The notes under the pieces were generated by a model, which saw only the letters and a program-made list of their open reading frames with translations, was not told the origin of the DNA and made no database searches. A stretch of 64,000 bases of DNA, taken from NCBI GenBank assembly GCA_951406725.2, contig OX597823.1, forward strand, positions 47,306,001 through 47,370,000. The letters run 5' to 3'. The DNA is from Octopus vulgaris (Eukaryota). Position numbers and translations under genes: made by a program. Positions within the stretch are counted from its first letter, which is position 1. Each line of letters opens with the position of its first letter. Of this stretch, positions 53,128 to 64,000 are shown piece by piece.

Positions 53128-54125
53128 GGTTAGATACTATGTCTTTCATTCTTCTTTTCAAGTGGGTAGAGTCATTTGAAACCTGTGCTTGCAGTACCCG
53201 ACTCGCCACAAACATTTGTAGCCTGTCTGTCAAAGCCAGGAATATTTTTTGTTATTCTAATCAATGACAGAGATGCAGTATATTCTATTATGTCCTCTTA
53301 CAGCAGGAGTTCAAATATTGCATCAGTCAACTTTGCCTTTTAATTTTCCAGGAGTTGATTCCGTTGAATGTATTCCACCCACCCCCTACATCCCCTCATA
53401 AAGATTTATGACAGTATGCCTTAATAATAAATCAATGTTGTTGTTGTTATTATGTCATTTGTTTTTTTTTTGTTTTTTTTCTCGTTTCTTCAATGAGTTC
53501 ATGTCTGTTATATGTCTATATTGTATGAATAATAACAATAGTGATGATAATGTATCCACATCTATGGGATGATAATGAAGAGAACCATCATCAGCATCAT
53601 CAAACTACAGCTACAAAATACTTTCGGTGTCCTATATAGCATCATTAACAGACCTGCTTTTTGCAACAAATTTGATATGATAGAGACATATTTAAATAGT
53701 TTTTTTTTTTTTTTTTTATTGTTCTCCATTACTCAAAATAATAAAAAAGAGAAGAAAAAATGTAATTGTTCAGACAGCAAACTATAACCCAAGCTAATGG
53801 TACTTTTCAATAGTTTTCTGTTTTATTTTATATATTTATTTATTTATTTAATTTTTTTTTTGTCAATTCAAAAGGAGTTTTTAGTAATATATTTTATTCA
53901 GAATTTTTATCCTAATGAAGAGAGTTATATTAATTGCTGTTGCTTCTGTCAATTTTATAGTACTGATGTTTAAATCTGATCTATGGCATTGTGCAATCAT
54001 CCTGAAATTATTCTTTTTAATGTACTTTTTCTGATTTCATGTAAAATAGTGTATATATACACACACGTGGGTGGGTGTATGTGTTTATGTATCTGTGTGT
54101 ATGTGCATGAATATGTGTGTGTATA

Positions 54126-54174
<49 letters not shown>

Positions 54175-55559
54175 AGATATAGATATCTTTAACATTATCA
54201 TATCATCATTTATATACCATTCTCTGAAATAAAGTTTGGGACTGATAAATTCAAATGTAAAAGCATGGAAAAACATTTGATAACAAACATTTATGTGTAT
54301 TATATTTTTTCAAGAATGTCAAATTCAACCCTAAAATTAGATTTAGCTAAATCTGTCTTGCAAAAATGGTAATTTTCTAATATTCACCTATGTCCATCAA
54401 ACTAAACTTGACAATTTCCTTCTGTCGTTTTATATATTAAAACTTCCATACATAGAGGACAGCATCTCTTTCTCTCTCTCTCTGCATTCTAAAGAATTAT
54501 TATGACTGGATTTGTCCCTTGTATTTAAAATGTTTAACTTATATTGTTTTCTATAGTTAAGGATTTGACGGTTGTTCTCATAATTATATTTGTCTAGGAA
54601 TCTAGAGAAAATGCAGTTAACATTTATGCCCACAAGGAGAGACTTCAACATCTTATCATAATGCAAAAAAAGAAAAAAAGAAAAGTGCTAAGTTTAAAGC
54701 ATTTAGTGTAAAGATCATGTTGGTGGCCTTTGCACTCAGCACAAAACTTAGTGTTATCCACATTGCTATCAATTTTCACACAAACTATTTGTCACAATGT
54801 TTCAGGTATGTGCAAGGTGACAGTTCTGTCCAGTTGTCCCCATTGTGAATTTGTGTGATGATTAGCTTTTCCATGATTTTAAGAGGGTTTTCTAGGATCT
54901 CAAATATTAAAATTTGCTTACTACAGTTTTTGTTGAAACACATTTGTATGGAATTAGAACAATCAATGGCTGGAATATCAGTTGGCCTTTGACATTAATT
55001 GGCGCAACAACAGTTTATAGAGTCTACAAATATTTACCTTCTTTAACCAACCATACTGCTAAGCCAAAAAATAAATAAAACAAACATCCTGAAACTAGAT
55101 CCAACTTGATCTGATTGTCAAATTACATGGAGCATGTACATTCTATTATTGAGTAAATGGAATATATGTGATAGCTATCATAAGCTTTTGTTAAATGATT
55201 TCTGAGCCATAAAGCCTGCTCTCACTTAATCAGAACAAAGATAAGGGTGTAGGGGCATTTTGCCCTCAATAAAGCTTAAGCTTATGTTAAGTTTAAAAGA
55301 AAACTTATGGCTATGTTTCGAGATTTTGACAATAATTGCTAAATATATATTTTGGGACAAATGGAAGCAAAACAATGAAATTTCCAGTGTCTCTACTACC
55401 ACTATCAAAAGTATGTTTTGGTATTTTGTATTTGATGATTGTAATAATTTTTTTTTTACATTTGTTATTTTGTGCTATACAGGTGTGGTAGAAAACAATT
55501 GACAGGACATAAATCTCTACTTGTAATCCATGCCCTCTCCAGTTATCTCTATATCTTTT

Positions 55560-55790
55560 GCCTTTTATTTTTTTCACCTATTTCAGTCTATAGATTGCGG
55601 CCATGCTGGGGCACTACCTTGAACTTTTAGTTGAATGAATCAACCCCCCCAGGATTTATTACTTAAGCTTAGTACTTATTCTGTGGATCTATTCTGCTGG
55701 ACTGCTAAGTTTACGGGGATGTAATCACACGAACACCGGTTGTCAAATGGTGTTGGGGGCAAGGACAGCAGACACAAAGACACACAAATA
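55560..55790 (-). mobile_element. SINE family B tail
   Basis: GCGGCCATGCTGGGGCAC...GCTAAGTTTACGGGG. Confidence 0.8.
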
Positions 55791-55822
55791 TATATACCTA
55801 TATACATACATACATACATACA

Positions 55823-55963
<141 letters not shown>

Positions 55964-56078
55964 AAATGAGGGTGAAAAAAATTTGATATTAATTTAATAA
56001 TACCATCAATTTAACACCAAGTGGCTTAGCACATAAAACTAGGGAGATAATACAAATAGTGGTAACTCTCTAATAATT

Positions 56079-56125
<47 letters not shown>

Positions 56126-56894
56126 CTATATATTGTTGATTTTGTATGAATATTATAATATTTTTTTCTAATGCAAGTTAGATCTGATCTGAGAAGTCAC
56201 CTCAGTAATAAGTGAAAATTGAAATCATTATCTCATCTCTAACAACGGTTATCCTGTTGATATCTTCCTGGAATATTGTAATATTCATATGTCACAGCCA
56301 GTGTGTGCCTTATTGAATCTGTTTACAAATTGTTGCTCTGCAATCTCATTGAATGCATGTCTCACTTACTGAGAGGATGTACTTAGAGAAATTGCTTTCT
56401 TGCAACTCTATTATATTGGCATATGCTTTTTAAAAAGTCAAGTAGGTTTGTTCTTGTCTCTATTTTGCTGTTGTCCTATTTTTCATGCCATCATTGCTCA
56501 CTCACTTTTATTCTAGCATTTATTCGTTTCATTCTTGAATTTTCCATTGCATCCCTAAAATTCTACTTATTTATTTCAGTCAACAATTTTATTTATTTGC
56601 AAAACTTTTCAGTCTGGTTTAACTTTAAATCTTCAGTTTTTCTCTTCTCCTCCTCTCAACTGGTCTCATCCATAATAAGGGCTATTTTTCTATCAATGTT
56701 CCATCATCGTATAGGGTCCCTAGTCCTCTGAGGTATATCAAGAATACGTTGTACATTTACGCACTCACCTGTCTCTGAAGTACAAACACCACTAAGATGT
56801 TTTCCAGGCTTTCTTCTCTTAAATTCTTTTATACAAGATGAAAATCTTCCTAGCATAACTCATCGATCCTTTCCTTATTTTTTTAAGATGCCTA

Positions 56895-57172
56895 GATATG
56901 TGCTCGTGCCACTTAAAAAAGTACTCATGCTGGTGCCACAGAAAAAGCAGTGGCACTGGTGCCACGTTAAAAGGCACTGGTGCCAGTGCCGCATAAAAAG
57001 CATCCAGTACACTTTGTGGAGTAGTTACCATTAGGAAAGTTGGCATCCAGCTGTAGAAATCATGCCAGAATAGATAATGGAGCCTGGCGCAGCCCCTGGC
57101 CTTACGAGCTCCGCTCAGACTATCCAACCCATGTCAGCATGGAACACGGGATTTAAATGTTGATGGTGATGA
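56895..57172 (+). mobile_element. SINE family C
   Basis: GTGCCAC-TAAAAAG subrepeats, GGCATCCAGCTGTAGAAA, RTE-type end. Confidence 0.8.
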
Positions 57173-57273
57173 TATGTGTGTTTGTGTGCAAGAGAGAGGG
57201 TGAGTAGGATGGAGAGGAGATATGTCTCTAAATGTCTGTAGCAAGTGAAATAATAGTAGTTTCCATTCTTTAA

Positions 57274-57490
57274 TCCTTTAGCATTTAAACTAGCCATATT
57301 TGGCCAAAATATTTTGCCAGTCTTATTTTCAAACTGGCCAGATATGGCCTCTCACACCAACCCTACAATATCATTTGAAAAAGTTAGCAGTTATCTCTTC
57401 AAATTTTCAACGCTACAACATAATGCATGATTAATACAAAATAATGTGATTAAATCAGCATTCTGACAATATAATATGAATGCTAAAGGG
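57274..57490. mobile_element. piggyBac-like MITE (family shared with 60372-60593 and 63425-63644)
   Basis: TTAA / TTAG flanks; CCTTTAGCATT / AATGCTAAAGGG TIRs. Confidence 0.8.
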
Positions 57491-58152
57491 TTAGGCATTG
57501 CTTTGAAAGGAAAAAAAAAATTAAGATTTGGTCTTAGACTGAATCCTAGCTCTAGGCTGCTAATCATATGTGAATTATTGATGTGGTTCTCAAGTAGCAT
57601 AAAACATATTTTACTAAGACCATGATTCATGCCTCAATTTCACTATAAATAGGAACTGTCTTAATAACAGCACATATTTATATTCTCTCTCTCATCAGCG
57701 AAACTCATTAACACAAAATTAATATTATTATAAGTTTAGAATAAAGATTACTGTTTTAATAGTGTTACGGCTAAACGTTTGGTGCATCTAATAATATCTC
57801 TCGATGCAGTTCCTAAAATATTGCCTTTCTCTTTTTGAACATTCTTACACATACGTGCACACACACACATGTATGTGTGTATAAAACCTTGATTAATATA
57901 TTTAATATGATCTACTCTTTAATCTTGCTACCAGAGAATTGTAATACATAGTTTTTATGTAGTTCTTATAATCATTGAAAAACTATACTCATATTTCAAG
58001 TGTAGCAGGCCCTTGCATCGCATAGCAAAAAAAAAGCCCCATGGACAAAATTATATGTACTTCACACTTACTTTAATTTATGAACCATAAACTAAAGAAT
58101 ATACATACTTTCTTTAGTTTATGGGCCTAGTATAAAATACAAGGCACTAAAG

Positions 58153-58203
<51 letters not shown>

Positions 58204-58504
58204 CTATTGGTTCGATTTAAGTTTTGTAAAGAAGGGTATCAAGGGTTAACTGCTTTTCCTTTATGAACCTCTAATTATTACTTACAACAAATCAAATCTT
58301 ATGATTCATGCTTCATCAATCAAATTCTGAATAATTTTCTGAAAGTTGCTCCAGGACAAAAAATATTTTCCAAAGGAGGTTTTTTCAATAAAATTTCTGC
58401 TGCTAAACCTAATTATTGAGGAATTGACTCCTTAAGGTCTTCTGTCTCGGTATCAGTGTGCAACCTTGAACATTACTTGCATTAATTACTTGCATCACAA
58501 TCAA

Positions 58505-58972
58505 ATTCGATGACTGGCATCTGTGCTAGTGGAGCACTAAGAGCACCATTCAAGCATGATCGCTGCCAGAGCAGCTAACTGGCTTCTGTGCCGGTGGCAC
58601 GTAAAAAGCATCATTCGAGCATGATTGTTACCAGCATCGCCTTACTGGCACTTGTGCTGGTGGCATGTGAAAAAACATTCAAGTGAGGTTGTTGCCAGTA
58701 TCGCTGGACTGGCTCCTGTGCAGGTGGCATGTAAAAAGACACCATTTGAGCGTGGCAGTTGCTAGTACCGCCTGACTGGCTCTCATGCCGGTGGCATGTA
58801 AAAGCACCCGCTACACTCTTGGAGTGGTTGGCGTTAGGAAGGGCATCCAGCTGTAAAAACCCTGCCAAATCAAGATTGGAGTCTGGTGCAGCCATCTGGT
58901 TCGCCAGTCCTCAGTCAAATTGTCCAACCCATGCTAGCATGGAAAGCAGACATTAAACAATGATGATGATGA
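58505..58972 (+). mobile_element. SINE family C with internal tandem subrepeats
   Basis: Four or more GGTGGCAYGTAAAA units, then TTAGGAAGGGCATCCAGCTG and CCCATGCTAGCATGGAAA...(GAT)n. Confidence 0.85.
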
Positions 58973-59039
58973 ATTTCTTTGAATCCCATTTTCCATATTA
59001 TCATATTGCACAAGGTTCTTCTTGTGCCATCCCCTATCT

Positions 59040-59254
59040 CAGTGTTTCTCAACCATTTTCTGCTTACGGACCCCTTTAATTCCTATTTTTCCTTGGATGG
59101 GCCTCCACCATAGTCATTCAATGTTAAAATAAAATATCCTTTTATAGTTTTTATAATTAAATATTATTGGGAATTGTATAAGAATAATTATTGAAATATT
59201 TTGTGTATTAAGTATATAACCAATTTATTGCAGATAAATTTTATCAACAGAATC
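59040..59254. mobile_element. hAT-type MITE, truncated by a reverse SINE B (59255-59555)
   Basis: CAGTGTTTCTCAACCATTTT start, colinear with the 42362 copy. Confidence 0.75.
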
Positions 59255-59389
59255 TTTTTGCTGAACTGCTAAGTTACAGGGATGTAAACACACTAACACA
59301 AGTTTATCAAGCAGTGCTGGCAGGGGGAGGGGCAAAGACATGCGCACACACATTTACATACATACATACACTTATGCACATACATACAT

Positions 59390-59428
<39 letters not shown>

Positions 59429-59952
59429 CACATACACATGCCCACACACGTGCGCGCGCAGGCAGACAGGACTGGCTTCTTTCAGTTTCCTTCTGCCAAA
59501 TCCTCTCACAAAAGCTTTGGCTGCTCTGAAGCTATAATAGAAGGCATTTGCTTCCGATTAAGAACTTACAGCACTGTCCTATGTTCTTCCTCAACTACAT
59601 TTGGACACAGTGTTTGTCAAACCCAAGGAGACATGTATGTTTAACTTCTTAGCAAAGCATTGTTGCTATTTTTTTTTATTGCTCATAGTCTACTATGATT
59701 TAGTAGAACGGTTTTGATGGACAGGTCTTCATCATTAATCATTGCATTCAACATGCTTTCAGAAATAGATATGACTACTTGATCTAAGTTATATCTCATG
59801 AAATGAAACATCTTCAACTGGTACACACGTTTGGAGTAAATTAAAATTTTGAAGGATGACTAAGAGCTGTGTTCAAAATTAGAAGTGTCATTGACTCATG
59901 AGCCTTCTTCTCAAAATGACATTTGTCTGCAAAACGAAAATGTTCAACAAAC

Positions 59953-60200
59953 TGGCTGTGTGCTTAAGAAGCTTGCTCTACTGTCGCGTAGTTTCAGGTT
60001 CAGTCCCACTGTGTGGTACCTTGGGCAATGTCTACTACAGGTTTCGCTAATGCCTTCTGAGGGAATGTGATAGACAAAAGCTGTGTGAAAGTCCATAGTT
60101 TGTGTGTGTGGATTTGACCCCTTTCCACTTACTTGATAATTGAGGTTGATTTTTTTTGACTAAACCCATCGAGTTGGTGCCTCACCAAGACTGCAGTCCA
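59953..60200 (+). mobile_element. Degenerate SINE family B
   Basis: GGTTCAGTCCCACTGTGTGGTACCTTGGGCAA. Confidence 0.7.
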
Positions 60201-60371
60201 TTTCAAGGATGAAATGTAAGGGATTCTGGTATTCATTATAACACAAAGTGTGGACAACAGAATTTTCCAGAGGCAAAAGTGACTGAAGGAACATTCATAA
60301 AACATGAAATTCCTACTGGTTCTGTTAGTTACGAGCCATTATCAAGTCTTTGTAAGCTTGGATTGTTTGAA

Positions 60372-60593
60372 TCCTTTAGCATTCGGATTTCTCTGTCAAA
60401 CGTAATGTTTATTTATTCAGATTGCTTTGAATTAAATCATGCATTATCTTTTTTGTGCTGATATTTCAATGATGGACTTGTTTATTTTTAGCATGACATT
60501 GTAGGCTAGGTATGAGAGGCCAGATTTGGACAGTTTGAAGCTAAAACAAGTATAACTTTTGAGCCAGATATGGTTAGTTTAAATGATATATAG
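60372..60593. mobile_element. piggyBac-like MITE
   Basis: Colinear with 63425-63644. Confidence 0.75.
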
Positions 60594-60606
60594 TTAAGGA
60601 AAATAT

Positions 60607-61240
60607 ATAGGCACAAGGCCCAGAATTTTTAGAGAGGGGGGGTCAGTTGATTAGATCAACCCCAGAATGTAACTGATACCTAATTTATTGACCCCGAAAA
60701 GATGAAAGGCAAAGTTGGCCTTGGCAGAATTTGAACTCAGAATATAGGACAGATGAAATACCGCTAAGCATTTTGCCTGGCATGTTAATGTTTCTGCCAG
60801 CATCTGTTTTGCAAGGGTCATCTGCAATCAATAAAATAAATAGCAATCAATCCCTCTTTTTTTTTTTCCTTTTATTTGTTTTGGTCATAAGACTGTGGCT
60901 ATGTACTTTTTTTTTTACTATTAAGCCTGGTACTTATTCTATCAGTCACTTTTGTAGAACCGCTAAGTTATAGGGGATGGAAACACACACACTTTCACAT
61001 GACAGGCTTCTTCTAGTTTCCGTCTACCAAATTCACACACAAGTCTTTAGTTGGCCTCAGGCTATATAGTAGAAGACACTTGCTCAGGACGCCACACAAT
61101 GGGACTGTACCTGGAACCATGTGGTTGGAAAGCAAACTTCTAACCACACAGTCATCATGCCTCCATCTATGTTTGACTAAAACCCTCAAAGTGGTGCTCC
61201 AGCATGGCTGCAGTCCAATGAGTGAAGCAAGTGGAAGATA
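60607..61240 (-). mobile_element. SINE A (60607-60802) and SINE B pieces (60870-61240)
   Basis: Family motifs. Confidence 0.8.
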
Positions 61241-61571
61241 ACAGATAGCTGATTGTGTATAAACAAATTGGGTGTCGGGGTGGGGGAATAAAAAAAAATG
61301 TTCCAAAAATCTTAGTTGAGGACTCTTTTGGCACCTGAAGTTAAAAAGCTGAAATAGATCTCCTCAGAGCAAGTTAACGAATAGTTAAACAGAAGGGTAA
61401 AATATATAGTAGATGCCTATTTACGTGTGGGTGGGTAGGTTAAGAGGTCATTGATGATTTTTTTCCTACAAGAGTATTACGGGATTGAAATGTGAGGAAT
61501 TCTGGTATTCATAATAACACAAAGTGTGGACAGTAGAGTTTTGTTAACTGCTCTGCTTTTGTCCTGATGTT

Positions 61572-61630
<59 letters not shown>
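61572..61630. repeat. (CTA)n microsatellite
   Basis: Directly visible. Confidence 0.95.
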
Positions 61631-61825
61631 GTTAACTGATGGTTACATTACTGGCGTGTAATGATGTATTCCAGATCCATTTCAACATAACTATGTATAA
61701 TTAGTGGTATATTTATGCTGCAATGTTTCATACAGGCCCCTATTCCTTAACTAATTAAACATCCTGAGGCTATTTTCATCATATTGATATGAGCTTCATT
61801 TAAGTACCTCCTACACACTGCTAAT

Positions 61826-61857
<32 letters not shown>

Positions 61858-62208
61858 TCTCTCTCTCTTTCTACCTGTTACTAATTCACTATTCCTTCCT
61901 TTCCTCCTCCTCCTCCCCCCACCCCCACCGTCTCTCCCACTCTCTCATCTGCTGACTTTGTTTATTTCTTCTCCATATTTCCTGTTGCAATCCAACATTC
62001 TCCTATTCTCCCTCCCTATAACTCTAACCATAACTCAAATTCTTTTCTTTTTCTTCATTTTTTTTTCATCTATCTTATTTTACTTTTTTATTAAATATTT
62101 TTTTTTACCGTAACTTTTGTTAAATTCTCTTTATTTATTATTATCATTATTATTATTATTATTATTATTATTTTGGTTAATCTACTTCCCCTTGCTCTAT
62201 ATCTACAG

Positions 62209-62425
62209 GTGATTGTTGCCCATATTCATAGTTTACAAGCTGTAGCTTACTTCTTTGAGTGTCTGCTTCAATCGGGATATTTATCTGTCTAACCCTAATG
62301 TATCCAATTTCTCTTGGCAGCGAGGTGCTGTTTCTGCTACTGAATGCATATATAAATTGCTACATAAGGGAGCACCTGACAGACTGTCTGGTGAAATGTG
62401 TGGGTTAGGAGAAGGAAGGAATCAG
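62209..62425 (+). other. Candidate spliced exon (mostly 5' UTR)
   Basis: Pyrimidine tract then CTACAG|G at 62208; alternative CTAAC...TTGGCAG| at 62320; CAG|GCAAGT (GC-type donor) at 62425; unique sequence. Confidence 0.35.
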
Positions 62426-62929
62426 GCAAGTTAGTTGTTGTGATAATTATACTTGTTGCGGAGGTACGGTGGAATCATTGCAGAACAATGTCAACAGTAA
62501 GGCAATATCTTTGGTATTTCAAACAGCTGCTGTGACCCACCTGTTTGCTTATGCTGATTCTCCTTACGATTTCTTTTGGGTTCTCCTAGGCCTGCTGCTG
62601 ATAACTTGGCACACTGCCATTTATCAACAGATTATAACTTGCACGTGCATAATGCAATAAGAATAATACCTTACTTGACTACATAAACAAACAGATACTG
62701 CAATGTACTATCATGTAACTGAAATATACGGATAACTATGTAGGCAGCTACTAGTCTGTAACTGGTAAATAGAAATACATGAATAAGTACTTATATAAGA
62801 AAACACTTAATTATATAACTCATAATTATATAAGACAACGCATACTTCAATTTTTTTTTAATGCTAATATTTCAATACTGTTTCACAGAAATTTATTTTT
62901 TATTTTTTTTTATTTTTTGGTTTTGATTT

Positions 62930-63318
62930 GTTTCAGTTTCAGTCATTAGATTGTGGCCATGCTGGGGCACCGCCCCTTGAAGAATTTTTAGTCAAATGAA
63001 TTGACCCTAGTAATTGTTTTTTTTTTTGTGTGCTTTTGTTTTTTTAAGCCTGGTACTTATTATATTGATTTCTGTTGCCAAGCTGCTAAGTTACAGGGAT
63101 GTAAACAAACACCTGTTGTCAAGCGGTGGTGGGGGACAAGCACAGACATGAACACACACACACACACACACACACACACAGCTTCTTTCAGTTTTTGTCT
63201 ACCAAATCCATTCATGGCTCGAGACTATAGCTGATGACACTTGCCCAAGGTGTCACACAGTGGGACTGAACCTGGAACCATGTGGTTGGGAAGCCAACTT
63301 TTTATCACACAGCCACAT
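62930..63318 (-). mobile_element. SINE family B
   Basis: Reverse full copy. Confidence 0.85.
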
Positions 63319-63424
63319 CTCTTTTGTCTTTGCTCAGAAGTAAATATCTTTGTCCAGTTCTCAACTCAGTATATGACCAGCACTAAACTTAACTTCTCAC
63401 AGATCTCTGTAAGAGAAGCTGTAA

Positions 63425-63644
63425 CCCTTTAGCATTCGGATTACTCTGTCAAATGTAAAGCCTGTTTAATCACATTGTTTAAAATTAATTGTAAAGCATC
63501 TTGTAACTCTGAGATTTTGATGATGTCCCTGTTTATTTTTAAAATGAGTTTGTAGGGTAGGTGTGAGAAGTCAGAGCTGGCTGGTTTGAGCATAAAACAG
63601 GAAGACAATTTTGGCCTGATATGACCGGTTTAAACACTAAAGGG
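63425..63644. mobile_element. piggyBac-like MITE
   Basis: CCCTTTAG / CTAAAGGG TIRs; GTAA / TTAA flanks. Confidence 0.8.
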
Positions 63645-63908
63645 TTAAACTAGATGCATTTGAGCTTGTTTCATCATAGAGTCATCTTTATCATTGTAAA
63701 TGTCGAGTAATATCACACTGTACTGCCAAGTCTACCCTTCATGGATTGCAGGCTGCATGATCCATAAAGTAGGCTAAAACCTAACGGTAAGCCCCCAGCT
63801 TCGGGACTTAGCTATATCCAATTTAAGTGTATTTAATTTCAAGTTTAGAAGCAGTTAATGTTTAGCTCTTTATTCATTAGGGTTCTGTAATAAACATTAA
63901 TTAGATCA

Positions 63909-64000
63909 AGTGTTCTCACCATTTTGTTTTATCTATGGATTCCTTTAGTTACTATTTCATTCTAGTGCCCATAGCCATTCGATGTTAAAAAAACTAGTTT
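63909..64000. mobile_element. hAT-type MITE left end (runs off window)
   Basis: GTGTTCTCACCATTTT...CATAGCCATTC similar to the 42362 and 59040 copies. Confidence 0.65.

Noticed and set aside
56200-56890. Purine-rich minus-strand block resembling a LINE ORF1 relic
   Set aside because: Many stops and only a vague zinc-knuckle resemblance
58505-58810. CRISPR-like repeat array
   Set aside because: Eukaryotic context, spacers are mutually homologous, part of a SINE, no cas genes

Overview
AT-rich, microsatellite-saturated animal genomic DNA. The SINE repertoire and repeat texture are consistent with an octopus (cephalopod) genome; this is recognition, not a database result. No protein-coding exon can be assigned confidently, and nearly all supplied ORFs are (TA)n/(CA)n translation artefacts. 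The window is a mosaic of roughly 40 tRNA-derived SINE copies (informal families A-F), hAT-, piggyBac- and Tc1/pogo-type MITEs, one complete non-autonomous Helitron, decayed CR1-like and RTE LINE fragments and a Tc1 transposase relic. The most notable signal is an apparently intact type-I hammerhead ribozyme at 5278-5349, of the minimal palindromic-stem-III kind known from Penelope-like elements. Several decayed hammerhead motifs accompany it, two inside long fold-back elements, and most are inserted in microsatellites. A CpG-retaining, SINE-poor block around 21.8-23.0 kb looks like a promoter/non-coding first exon of a + strand gene, with a possible next exon near 62.2-62.4 kb (inference). 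SINE boundaries are approximate.
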